In this document: piece by piece, positions 1 through 8,933 of the stretch | Layout of the letters: every line of letters starts with the position of its first letter | Position numbering within the stretch: the first letter of the stretch is position 1 | Assembly: GCA_963765495.1 (NCBI GenBank) | Contig: CAVXWP010000007.1 | Location: forward strand, 704,001 to 768,000 | Reading direction: 5' to 3' | Length of the DNA: 64,000 bases | Source: Blastocatellia bacterium | GTDB taxonomy: Bacteria > Acidobacteriota > Blastocatellia > UBA7656 | The notes under the pieces: model-generated | The model's database searches: none | What the model was told of the DNA's origin: nothing | The model's input: only the letters and a program-made list of their open reading frames with translations | Position numbers and translations under genes: made by a program

Positions 1-2
1 AA

Positions 3-1613
3 GATGAAGAGACCGCGCAGACCCCTGCGCCGCCGCCCACGCCGGGGCCGCAGGGAAGACGCTCGCGGAATCGAATGACCTCTTCGGGCAAGCAGCAGGG
101 TCTGCTTGCCCGCCTCGCCCCGCTCGCGCCCGAAGATTTGCCGCGTGATTATGTCTCTTATGACGCGCTCGATGTTGTGGTGATAGGCGACGCGCCGCTC
201 AGCCAGCTATCGGAAGAGCAGGCGCGGGCGTTGAGGTTGTGGGTGGCTTCGGGCGGGTTGTTGATCGTGACCGGAGCGGCAGACGTAGCGGGTCTCCGCG
301 CTCTGGGGCTGGACTCGCTATTGCCTGTGGAAGCTCAAGGCGCGGTTTCCTCTCCAGGGCTTGCGGAATTTACCGGAGTTTACGGCGGCTTCGACGCAAG
401 CGTCCCCGCGCTGATAATGTCTGCGCAAGTCCGGCCCGGCGCGCGTACGCTTATCGGCTCCGAAGACCGCCCCCTGGTAGCCGAAAGAAATTTCGGCAGC
501 GGGCTTGTCCGCTTTGTAGCTTATAACCCCAAGCTCAACCCTTTTCGCGGATGGGTCGGAACGCGCTATCTGTGGACGGATCTGCTATTGCCCGCCGCCG
601 AATCAAAACCCCGGCGGAATCAGAATTCGATGTTGATAACGAGGCGGGGGGGACGCCGGGCAAGCAACGGCGGGATTGAGGATTTTCTATTCGAGCTTGC
701 CGAAATCGAGCCGCCCTCGGCCAACTATTTCCTGCTCTTTCTCGTGGCTTATCTTCTGATAGTCGGCCCGGCAAATTACTTGATACTGCGATGGATGCGA
801 AAGCTCGACCTGGCGTGGCTCACCATTCCGTCAGTCATCATTTTGTTTACGGTCGTGAGCGTGGCCGTGGCTCAGGTCAGTCGCGGTGGCAATTCGATTG
901 CAGCCGATGTCTCGCTTGTAGAATTGCATCAATCGGAAGGCATCAGCCAGACGCTTGGCTCGCTTCTGATAATGCCCGCCTCGAAAGGGACGCGCGCGCT
1001 CTCTTTTGAAGGCAGCGATACATACGCAAATGCCGCCGACAATTTCAACTCGCCGCTGTCATCGACGGGCGACCCCATCGAATTTCAGCGTGAGCCGAAG
1101 CAGTATCAGTTACAGGTTCCCACAAATACCTGGACGCCCGGCATGTTCAGATTTCGCTCGATTGGGGAGGGGCAGCCGCCGCTTTTGGCCGTGACAAAGA
1201 AGGCAGACGGCGCAGTCAGGGTCAAGAATCTGGGCGACGCGCGTATGTTCAAAGCCGTGTATATGAGCGCCGAAGGAATCTCGAACCCGTTCGATCTTGC
1301 GCCCGGTCAGGAAAGCGAAGTCTCGCTGAACGGGCCTAATACGATGTCGTTTACCGAGTGGTATTCCGCGCAGCTTGGCGAAGACAATCAGGAGGCGAGA
1401 GCCTTTTATAATTTCGGTCCCATGCTGGATGGCATCATAGGGGGCGAAGAAGTATTCGAACATGGCTTTTTCGACACCTTACAGATGACGGCGGGGCTCA
1501 GGAAACTTGAGCACCCGATGGTTATCGGTTTCGTGGAAGCGAGCCGCAACCCTATGAGCTTTGACGGTTCGATCAAAGAACGGAGCAAGACTTTTTATGT
1601 CATCCACCTTTAG
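3..1613 (+). CDS. Membrane protein with class-I glutamine-amidotransferase-like domain, ABC/MoxR cluster associated (5'-partial)
   Basis: Frame is open from position 3 (DEETAQTPAPPP...) upstream of the track ATG at 75. YDALDVVVIGD...WVASGGLLIVTG GATase-like motif; two TM helices (FLLFLVAYLLIVGPANY, AWLTIPSVIILF). Confidence 0.7.
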   Translation, partial: DEETAQTPAPPPTPGPQGRRSRNRMTSSGKQQGLLARLAPLAPEDLPRDYVSYDALDVVVIGDAPLSQLSEEQARALRLWVASGGLLIVTGAADVAGLRALGLDSLLPVEAQGAVSSPGLAEFTGVYGGFDASVPALIMSAQVRPGARTLIGSEDRPLVAERNFGSGLVRFVAYNPKLNPFRGWVGTRYLWTDLLLPAAESKPRRNQNSMLITRRGGRRASNGGIEDFLFELAEIEPPSANYFLLFLVAYLLIVGPANYLILRWMRKLDLAWLTIPSVIILFTVVSVAVAQVSRGGNSIAADVSLVELHQSEGISQTLGSLLIMPASKGTRALSFEGSDTYANAADNFNSPLSSTGDPIEFQREPKQYQLQVPTNTWTPGMFRFRSIGEGQPPLLAVTKKADGAVRVKNLGDARMFKAVYMSAEGISNPFDLAPGQESEVSLNGPNTMSFTEWYSAQLGEDNQEARAFYNFGPMLDGIIGGEEVFEHGFFDTLQMTAGLRKLEHPMVIGFVEASRNPMSFDGSIKERSKTFYVIHL

Positions 1614-1637
1614 AACAATTTCCAGATACGATTACCG

Positions 1638-1733
1638 TGTAGGGGCAGGGCTTGTCCCTGCCCGAATCGCGCGTAAGCGCGATGATGTCCGGCGCTCGCG
1701 CGCCGCCGGGCAGCCACAAGGGCTGCCCCTACA
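1638..1733. repeat. REPIN-like element: two inverted GTAG-type REP palindromes
   Basis: TGTAG-GGGCAGGG-CTTGT-CCCTGCCC ... GGGCAGCC-ACAAG-GGCTGCCC-CTACA. A GTAG tetranucleotide 5' of each palindrome is the hallmark of RAYT/Y1-associated REPs. Confidence 0.7.
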
Positions 1734-1758
1734 TCTTCGGAAGGGTGAGTAAGCCGAG

Positions 1759-2706
1759 ATGAGCGACAAACCGCAGGCGATGATAAAGCTTGAAAACGTC
1801 AGCAAGTATTACAGAAATTTCCCCGCCGTAAATGACATCTCTCTTGAGATCGCGCGCGGCGAAGTCTTTGGCTTTATCGGTCCGAACGGCGCGGGCAAAA
1901 CCACTACTATCAAGATGCTGGCCACGCTGATGCTGCCAAACTCGGGTCGCCTGAGCGTAGGCGGGTACGATGTCGAAGGCGAACCTTTCGAAGTGCGCCG
2001 CATCATCGGTTACATGCCCGATAGCTTCGGCGTTTACGACGACCTGCTTGTCTGGGAGTATCTGGATTATTTCGCCGCGCTCTATCACATAGCCCCCGAC
2101 CGGCGAAAGAAGGCGATTTCGGATGTGCTTGAGCTTACCGATCTATCTATCAAGCACAACGCGCAGGTGATGAGCCTGTCACGCGGGATGAAACAGCGGT
2201 TGTGTCTGGCCAAGACTCTGATCCACGACCCGGAGGTGCTGTTGCTTGACGAACCCGCTTCGGGTCTCGACCCGCACGCCCGCATTGAAATCCGCGAGCT
2301 GATCCGCGAATTGTGCCGGATGGGAAAGACCGTTCTCGTCTCTTCTCACATACTCACAGAGCTTGCGGATTTCTGCACCTCGATAGGCATAATCGAAGCG
2401 GGGCGGTTGCTCGCATCCGGTCGCATAGACGAGATAACGGCCCAGCTTGCCGGAAACGTGATGCTTGAGATCACGGTCAAAGGCGACCCGGCCCCGGCGC
2501 TCGAGGCGCTGGCCGAGCGACCTGAGATCAAACGCACTACCTGTGACGGGAGGGTGATCAAAGCCGAATTTGAGGGACATTCCGACGACGTTGACGAGTT
2601 GCTTGAATATCTGATCGCTCGAAACATCCGGCTGCTCGGATTCACAAGGGCAGAAGCCGATCTTGAAGATATTTTCCTGAAGATCACGCGAGGGGTGGTC
2701 GCGTGA
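1759..2706 (+). CDS. ABC transporter ATP-binding protein (ABC-2/CcmA-like)
   Basis: Walker A GPNGAGKTT, signature LSRGMKQR, Walker B LLLDEP, SSH switch. Confidence 0.95.
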   Translation: MSDKPQAMIKLENVSKYYRNFPAVNDISLEIARGEVFGFIGPNGAGKTTTIKMLATLMLPNSGRLSVGGYDVEGEPFEVRRIIGYMPDSFGVYDDLLVWEYLDYFAALYHIAPDRRKKAISDVLELTDLSIKHNAQVMSLSRGMKQRLCLAKTLIHDPEVLLLDEPASGLDPHARIEIRELIRELCRMGKTVLVSSHILTELADFCTSIGIIEAGRLLASGRIDEITAQLAGNVMLEITVKGDPAPALEALAERPEIKRTTCDGRVIKAEFEGHSDDVDELLEYLIARNIRLLGFTRAEADLEDIFLKITRGVVA

Positions 2707-2709
2707 TCA

Positions 2710-2799
2710 AGTTTTGAGTTTTGAATTTTGAGTTTTGAATTTAACCTGAATCCCGACATTCAAAACTCAAAACTTAAAACTCAAAATTCAAAACTCAAA
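2710..2799. repeat. Fold-back element of (A[G/A]TTTTG)n heptamers
   Basis: Left arm AGTTTTG/AATTTTG x4, 17-nt spacer, right arm CAAAACT/CAAAATT x5. Fills the whole intergenic space. Confidence 0.9.
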
Positions 2800-2801
2800 T
2801 T

Positions 2802-3632
2802 ATGAATTTGTCGAATCCGATTTTGATTAAAGAGATGCGCACAAGGATGCGCGGCAAGCGAGCGTTTGCCGTGCTCACCGGATATGTGCTCGTGTTGAGC
2901 CTCATTTTAGGGATGATCTATCTGGTCTTTACGAAAAACGTCGCGGCTGCGGCGCTCAATCAGGCGGGCCGCGTTCTGACTCCCGTGCTGATCTTTGTGC
3001 AGATGGGGCTTATATGCATAATGGCTCCGACCTTTTCTGCAAGCGCCATATCATCGGAGCGCGAGCAGGAGACGTTCGATCTGCTGATAGCATCGCTTGC
3101 GCGGCCCTCTACGATTGTATTCGGTAAAGTGGGCGCGGCGCTCTCTTATCTGTTGTTGACCTTGTTTGGATCGCTTCCGCTGATTGCGCTCACATACTCA
3201 CTCGGCGGCATCGCGCTTGGCGACATCGCACTCTCTTACCTGGTAATGCTTGTGGCGGGCGTGACCTATTGCTCGGTCAGCTTCCTCTGGTCAACGCTTG
3301 TGCGCAGGGGGGTGATTGCGCAACTCGTCAGCATCTTCACGGTGATCTTTCTGGTAGCGGCGCTGCCCTCGCTGGCCGTTTTTCTGACCGCGCTTGCAAG
3401 CAATTTCAGCAACGGCCCGTCTCAGACCTTTGTCAACATAATGTATCTGATGCTCAGGACAAACCCGTTTGCGGCCATCGCGTCTCTGATACCGGGCTTT
3501 CCGGCCCCGCCCAATGTCTGGTTCCAGAGCATTCCGATCTGGGCTTCTCAGGTGGTATTCTATTTAATCGTGACTGCGCTCAGCCTCTTTTTGAGTCTGA
3601 AGCGAATCGAGCGAGTGAGGAGATGGTTGTGA
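2802..3632 (+). CDS. ABC-2 family transporter permease
   Basis: NPILIKEMRTRMRG N-terminus, ISSEREQETFDLL motif, about six TM helices, follows the ABC ATPase. Confidence 0.9.
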   Translation: MNLSNPILIKEMRTRMRGKRAFAVLTGYVLVLSLILGMIYLVFTKNVAAAALNQAGRVLTPVLIFVQMGLICIMAPTFSASAISSEREQETFDLLIASLARPSTIVFGKVGAALSYLLLTLFGSLPLIALTYSLGGIALGDIALSYLVMLVAGVTYCSVSFLWSTLVRRGVIAQLVSIFTVIFLVAALPSLAVFLTALASNFSNGPSQTFVNIMYLMLRTNPFAAIASLIPGFPAPPNVWFQSIPIWASQVVFYLIVTALSLFLSLKRIERVRRWL

Positions 3633-5701
3633 CCGAGGCCGCGCAAAAGATCAAACAGCTTGAGCGAGACGTAACGTGGCGCATGCGTCTGCTTGCGCTT
3701 CAGGACAGGCTGGCTCCGGCATTGCTCGTGGGCGGACTTGTCGCCGCCGGAGCGGTCCTTTATATCAGGCTGCGGCCCGCGCACTTTCCCGTGTGGGCGG
3801 CTGTCCTGACGATATCGGCACTTGTGGCGGCAATCGCGCTTGGCCGATGGTACCCGAAACGGGCGACCGCGCTCGATGCCGCATTCCTTATAGACAAAGC
3901 GCTCGATCTGGAAGACAGAATCTCGTCTGCTCACGAAGTAATTGAAAAAGGCGTGATTGAAAAAGGTGAGATCGAACGAGGCGCGCCCGTTCGCGTCGTA
4001 GAGACGGCCCTCGTCGAAGATGCTGCCGAAAGAATTGTGGACGCCCGCGCTTCGAAAATAGCTCCACACCGTTTTAAGTTGAGCCACGCACTCTCTTTGA
4101 TAGGAGTGATCGCGCTTCTTTTGGCGGTGATGATACCTGAGAGGTCGCTGCCTGGGGGCGAAGCCATAGCGACTGAGCGGGCCGACATTCAAACGGCGGG
4201 CGAGCAACTTGAGCAGGCAGCCGAAGAAGTCAAACAGATCGTCCCGCCCGGAACCGAAACCGAAAAGCTCGCAAAAGAGCAGGTCGAGCTTGGGCGGGCT
4301 CTGAGGCGCTCGACCGATACCCGGGCAGAAGCCCTGAAGAAATTGAGCGCCCTCGAAGAACGTATACGCAGCCGTCACGATGAACTGGCAAACACGCGCG
4401 CCGATGAAATAGTAGCTCTGGCTGAGAAGAGACTTGGTTCCGCGCTCTCATCACAACCGGAATCCTCATCCGTCAAAGCGACAAAGAAAAATGATGAATC
4501 TCGCGGCTCGCAAGAGAGCGACTCAAGCAGCGCTCCTGCGGAAGAAGCGAAACCCGCCCCGCCCGGGCCTCCGAAATCCGGTGCCGCCAGTACAAAGCGA
4601 ACCGCGGAAAGCGACCCTAAAAGAGTCGAAAAGCCCGAGCCTACGCCTGAAAAGGAAAGCTCCGAACCGGAAAAAGCAGATGCGGGTCCGCACCCTGACG
4701 CCGATAAAACACCCGAACAAAATCAGGGCAAGCCAGAGGCTACAGACTCCGGTACAAAGACCACCGAAGAGAAGGCGACCGCTACGGGGCAGGCAAAAAG
4801 CGAGGGCGGAAAAACGCCCGAGGTCAATGTTGACGCCGTAAAGAACATACCCGGCGCGGTGGCCGAGCAGGCGGCAAAGGCGCTGCCCGGAATGTCGGAG
4901 CAGTTGTTAAAAAAAGCCGAGCAATTTCGCGCCGACCAGTTGAAACCCGAAGACATCAAACAGATCGCGCAGGCCGCCCAATTACTCGCCCGCGATCTTG
5001 CTCCGATAATGCAATCGAAAGAGTTTCAGCAGGCGGTCGAGCAACTGGCTCGTCAGGTCACGCCCGAGCAGATGGAACGGGTGGCCCGCGAGTTGAAAAA
5101 GAACGAAGAACTGCGCAAGGAATTGGAAGCTGCCGGGCGGTTGTTGATGCAGAACCAGCAGGCGAAAGAGATGGCCGCCGGTCTTGCGAAAGAGCTTGGC
5201 GAAATGCGGGCGCGTAACGACCAGCTTTCACCCGGTAATCTCAAAAAGCAATCGGGGCAAACAGAGAGCGGACAAACAGAAGGCAGGCAAACAGAAGGCA
5301 GGCAAACAGAAAGCAGGCAAACAGAAGGCGAAACACCGCCCGGCGCTTCTGTTAATGACTCATTACAGGGGCCGGGGCGGGATTCCAAAATGAATCAATC
5401 CGGCAGGCAGGGCAAATCCCGAGGCCGGGGCGAACGAGTCAATCAGGAGAACAGATTGACCGGCGAAGGCAGGGAATCGGCTCTTGGCGGAAGGCTTCAA
5501 TCCAATCCCGGCGGAGAGTATCTTTATCTTGAAGCAAAACCCGGTTCGGGCGCAGCACGCGTGCCCTACACATCGGCCTATCCGCAGTATCGCCGCGAAG
5601 CCGAGCGCACCGTAGAGCGTTCGCAAATACCGCCCCGCTTCCGTTCAGTGGTGCGTAATTATTTTGACTCCATCAACCCGGATGGGCACAAAGAACATTG
5701 A
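3629..5701 (+). CDS. Membrane-anchored coiled-coil/low-complexity protein (MoxR-cluster associated)
   Basis: GTG start overlaps the permease TGA (GTGA) with GAGGAG 6 nt upstream. TM helices, LDLEDRISSA motif, long coiled coils, C-terminal IPPRFRSVVRNYF. Confidence 0.75.
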   Translation: MTEAAQKIKQLERDVTWRMRLLALQDRLAPALLVGGLVAAGAVLYIRLRPAHFPVWAAVLTISALVAAIALGRWYPKRATALDAAFLIDKALDLEDRISSAHEVIEKGVIEKGEIERGAPVRVVETALVEDAAERIVDARASKIAPHRFKLSHALSLIGVIALLLAVMIPERSLPGGEAIATERADIQTAGEQLEQAAEEVKQIVPPGTETEKLAKEQVELGRALRRSTDTRAEALKKLSALEERIRSRHDELANTRADEIVALAEKRLGSALSSQPESSSVKATKKNDESRGSQESDSSSAPAEEAKPAPPGPPKSGAASTKRTAESDPKRVEKPEPTPEKESSEPEKADAGPHPDADKTPEQNQGKPEATDSGTKTTEEKATATGQAKSEGGKTPEVNVDAVKNIPGAVAEQAAKALPGMSEQLLKKAEQFRADQLKPEDIKQIAQAAQLLARDLAPIMQSKEFQQAVEQLARQVTPEQMERVARELKKNEELRKELEAAGRLLMQNQQAKEMAAGLAKELGEMRARNDQLSPGNLKKQSGQTESGQTEGRQTEGRQTESRQTEGETPPGASVNDSLQGPGRDSKMNQSGRQGKSRGRGERVNQENRLTGEGRESALGGRLQSNPGGEYLYLEAKPGSGAARVPYTSAYPQYRREAERTVERSQIPPRFRSVVRNYFDSINPDGHKEH
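5258..5332 (+). repeat. In-frame 15-nt tandem repeat x5 (QTE[S/G][G/R/E])
   Basis: CAAACAGAAGGCAGG-like unit repeated five times. Confidence 0.9.
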
Positions 5702-5723
5702 GAATCTGTTTTGAAGAGGAGCC

Positions 5724-6209
5724 ATGAATCAAATAGAGAAAGATAGATTACTGTGGAATTTGAAATCGTTTCCAAACGAGCTTGACGATCTGGTCCGAGA
5801 CCTGGACGAAGGCACCTTCAGGTGGCGGCCTATTCCGAACAAGTGGTCTTTGAAAGAGACCATCTGTCATCTGCGCGATGTCGAACGCGAGGCATACCTC
5901 GCCCGCTACAGACGGATGCTGACTGAGGACAATCCCCATCTGCCCAACGTAGATCAGGACCGGCTGGCTTATGAAGGCGATTACATAAATCAGGATGTAT
6001 GGTCGGCGTTGAACGAATTCAAACGCCTGCGCTCGGAGACGATTCAGATCCTCGAAAGCATCCCTCCCGAAGCCTGGGAGCGCGGCGGCGTGCTCGAAGG
6101 CACCGGCCAGCAGAGTATCGAGCAACTCGTAGTCCGACAGATCAAAGGCAACGATCTGAACCACCTTGTCCAGATGAAAGACATCGTCCGGCTCAAGATG
6201 CCCTGGTAG
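5724..6209 (+). CDS. DinB/YfiT family protein
   Basis: KWSLKETICHLRDVE motif, C-terminal DLNHLVQM; GAGGAG RBS. Confidence 0.85.
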   Translation: MNQIEKDRLLWNLKSFPNELDDLVRDLDEGTFRWRPIPNKWSLKETICHLRDVEREAYLARYRRMLTEDNPHLPNVDQDRLAYEGDYINQDVWSALNEFKRLRSETIQILESIPPEAWERGGVLEGTGQQSIEQLVVRQIKGNDLNHLVQMKDIVRLKMPW

Positions 6210-6213
6210 CAAA

Positions 6214-6345
6214 CAGGGGCCAGGGGTCGGGGGCCGGGGGCCGGTGATTAATTATGTTGGAAGACATGATTTAATTTCCGACCCCGGCCCCCGACCCTGC
6301 GCCGCGCGATAGCGCATCATGCGCCAATCGGCCCCCGACCCCGAC
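6214..6345. repeat. Fold-back element of GGGG(T/C)CG heptamers, copy 1
   Basis: CAGGGGCCAGGGGTCGGGGGCCGGGGGCCGG ... CCGACCCCGGCCCCCGACCC ... CCCCCGACCCCGAC. Related to 20245-20329. Confidence 0.85.
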
Positions 6346-6347
6346 TT

Positions 6348-7394
6348 ATGGAAAGTTCACAAACTCTTGGTGAGATAAGGAAAAAAGTCGAGCGTTACGT
6401 AGGCAAGTTCTCCGCGCTCAGGGCGGAAATCGGCCGCGTCATCGTAGGGCAGGAAGATATTGTCGAGGCCACGTTGTTCGCTTTGATGGCGGGCGGGCAC
6501 GTCCTGATCGAAGGCGTCCCGGGGCTTGGTAAGACCCTGCTTGTGCGTACGCTCGGCGAGACGATGGGGCTCGATTTCGCGCGCGTTCAGTTTACGCCTG
6601 ATCTGATGCCCGCCGACATCGTAGGCACCAATATCATCGTCGAAGGCGAAAGCGGAGAAAAGATGTTTCGCTTTCAACCGGGCCCCGTCTTTACGAACCT
6701 GCTGCTTGCCGACGAGATCAATCGCGCTACGCCAAAGACGCAATCCGCACTCCTCGAATCCATGCAGGAGCGACAGGTCACAGTAGGCGGAAAAACCTAT
6801 CCGCTCGAAGGAGTCTTTTTCGTGCTTGCCACACAGAATCCGCTTGAGATGGAAGGCACTTACCCTCTGCCCGAGGCACAGCTTGACCGTTTTATCTTCA
6901 AGCTTGTGATCAACTATCCCACGCGGGCAAACCTGATCGAGGTGCTTCGCCGCACGACATCGGCAAGTGTGCCGAGGGCTGAAAAAGTGGTCTCGCCCGA
7001 AGAACTGGCCGAGATGCAGATGCTTGTTCGCGAGGTGATTATCGCGCCTCACGTTGAAGAACTGGCGGCGGATATATTGCTCAGGACACACCCGGCTAGC
7101 GAAGATGCGCCCGACTCCGTGCGCAAATTCGTTCGATTCGGCGCAAGCCCGCGCGGGGCTCAGGCGATGGTGATGACGGCCAAGGCCAAGGCCCTGCTCG
7201 CCGGTCGCTACAACGTCAGCACGAGCGATATAACCTCTGTGGTCCGCGCTTCGCTCAGGCATCGCATCATTTTGAATTTTGAAGGTGAAGCCGAAGGCGT
7301 GACCGCAGATTCGATCATTGATGATGTTTTGCAATCGGTTGCCACGCGCCCCCGGCACGCGCGACAACCGGAGGCCGAACCCGCTCGCTCGTAA
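6348..7394 (+). CDS. moxR: MoxR family AAA+ ATPase
   Basis: GHVLIEGVPGLGKT, RVQFTPDLMPAD, LADEINRATPKTQSALLE, ATQNPLEMEGTYPLPEAQLDRF. Confidence 0.95.
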   Translation: MESSQTLGEIRKKVERYVGKFSALRAEIGRVIVGQEDIVEATLFALMAGGHVLIEGVPGLGKTLLVRTLGETMGLDFARVQFTPDLMPADIVGTNIIVEGESGEKMFRFQPGPVFTNLLLADEINRATPKTQSALLESMQERQVTVGGKTYPLEGVFFVLATQNPLEMEGTYPLPEAQLDRFIFKLVINYPTRANLIEVLRRTTSASVPRAEKVVSPEELAEMQMLVREVIIAPHVEELAADILLRTHPASEDAPDSVRKFVRFGASPRGAQAMVMTAKAKALLAGRYNVSTSDITSVVRASLRHRIILNFEGEAEGVTADSIIDDVLQSVATRPRHARQPEAEPARS

Positions 7395-7433
7395 CCGCAA
7401 ACAGCGCGTATCAAGATGAGAGCAAGCAAAAAG

Positions 7434-8396
7434 ATGGCAGCCAAAAAGAGCCTGCTCGATCCCGCTTTTCTAAGAAAGCTTGAACGGTTGAGGATTCAAG
7501 CGCGCCGGGCCTTCCCCGGCCAGATGCGTGGCGAACGCCGGTCTACGCGGCGGGGCGCTTCGGTCGAGTTTGCCGACTTCCGAAAGTATGAAGCGGGTGA
7601 CGACTTCCGCCACGTAGACTGGAACATCTACGCGCGGCTTGAGCGGTTGATGCTCCGACAGTTTGTTGAAGAAGAGGATGTGCGGGTTGATATACTTCTG
7701 GATCAGAGCCGTTCGATGCATTTCGGCCGGCCCCGCACGAAATTCGAATTCGCCTGCCGGGCCGCCGCCGCCCTTGCCTTCCTTGCCGTCAGCAGCCTGG
7801 ACCGCGTTGGCCTCTCTACATTCGATTCCGCAATCAGACGGCGCATGCGAGCAATGCGAGGGCGCGGCCATCTCCATTCCGTGCTCGATTTTCTTGAATC
7901 ACTCACAGAGGGTGAAGAAGAAATCGCCGCCCTTGAGGCCGGAGCACCCGAGGTGAATGCTACGGATCGAGCGAAGCCTTCGGGGCCGGTCACCGATTTG
8001 AGCGCCGTGCTCAGGGGCTATCAAAGGACCGCTTTACGCCCCGGCATCCTGTTTGTGATTTCGGATTTTTTCGATGCGGGTGATTTCCGCAAAGAGATGA
8101 AGCTGCTTGTTCACAGAGGGTTTGATGTGAATCTGATTCAGGTACTGGCATCGGAAGAATTGCGCCCCGATGTCGGAGGCGATCTGTTGCTGACGGATTC
8201 CGAGACCGGAACGGAACGCGAGATCACGGCCAACAAACGAGTCGTGGCAGCTTATATCGCGGCGCTCAGCGAATTTACAACCTCGCTCGAATCATTCAGC
8301 CGGACGAGCGGAATCGGCTACACATTGATCTCTTCGGATGCGTCCTTTGAAGACTTGTTGCTCAAGCATCTGATCGAAAGCCGCATGGCGGAATAG
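7434..8396 (+). CDS. DUF58 domain protein (vWA-like MoxR partner)
   Basis: GASVEFADFRKYEAGDDFRHVDWNIYAR, LDQSRSM MIDAS-like, ISDF. Alternative start at 7416. Confidence 0.9.
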   Translation: MAAKKSLLDPAFLRKLERLRIQARRAFPGQMRGERRSTRRGASVEFADFRKYEAGDDFRHVDWNIYARLERLMLRQFVEEEDVRVDILLDQSRSMHFGRPRTKFEFACRAAAALAFLAVSSLDRVGLSTFDSAIRRRMRAMRGRGHLHSVLDFLESLTEGEEEIAALEAGAPEVNATDRAKPSGPVTDLSAVLRGYQRTALRPGILFVISDFFDAGDFRKEMKLLVHRGFDVNLIQVLASEELRPDVGGDLLLTDSETGTEREITANKRVVAAYIAALSEFTTSLESFSRTSGIGYTLISSDASFEDLLLKHLIESRMAE

Positions 8397-8400
8397 GGCG

Positions 8401-8495
8401 GATGCGTGATGCGTGATTCGTGATGCGTGACTTACAGGCAAGCCGTAGTTTTAAGCCAACTTGCAAACCTGCTTGCGTCACGCATCACGCATCAC
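8401..8495. repeat. GCGTGAT-heptamer fold-back element, copy 1
   Basis: (GCGTGAT)n arm, core containing CAACTTGCAAACCTGCTT, (ATCACGC)n arm. Confidence 0.9.
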
Positions 8496-8776
8496 TTCTT
8501 ATTTCGATAATTCTCTAAAAATTCATTGATAACTTTAGAGGTTTCGAAAAACGGGTCTCTTCGCATCAACAACAACCCGACGATCTCTTGAATCATGTTG
8601 TTTGAGACAGTCCCTTCGAGTTTAAAAGCACCCGTACCCGGGCGCGAATGACCGAGCCTTGCGCGGGTGAGAACGAGCAGTTGTTGCAGCAATAAATCTT
8701 CGCTTGTCGTTGAATCGGCATTGTCGAATATCGCATGGCAGATTTGCCTGAATTCTGTTTCGCTTATATTCTTCAT
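8492..8776 (-). CDS. Hypothetical protein (94 aa)
   Basis: ATG at 8776 preceded by AAGGGG; helical-looking sequence filling the gap between known genes; no family recognised. Confidence 0.55.
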   Translation of the reverse strand: MKNISETEFRQICHAIFDNADSTTSEDLLLQQLLVLTRARLGHSRPGTGAFKLEGTVSNNMIQEIVGLLLMRRDPFFETSKVINEFLENYRNKK

Positions 8777-8933
8777 ACATATCCCCTTTTCGAATGAGCC
8801 TGTTTTAATGGTTAGCGGGTGATTTGTCAAACTCTATTTGTACGGCCTTCGATCTTCCCGCGATCAGCTTGGCTTGCACCACCTCAGGCTGATATATATT
8901 TGTACTCCACATACCTCAATTCAGGAGAACTCG

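Noticed and set aside
3269-3628. N-terminal 120 aa of the 810-aa track ORF
   Set aside because: Overlaps the permease gene; the RBS and GTGA coupling support a start at 3629.
6357-7400. 347-aa ORF antisense to moxR (likewise 9075-10199, 41194-42135, 3560-4378)
   Set aside because: Shadow ORFs fully overlapping well-supported genes in GC-rich DNA.
8401-8495. Heptamer repeat clusters as CRISPR arrays
   Set aside because: Units are 7-9 nt with no unique spacers, arranged as inverted arms; no cas genes.
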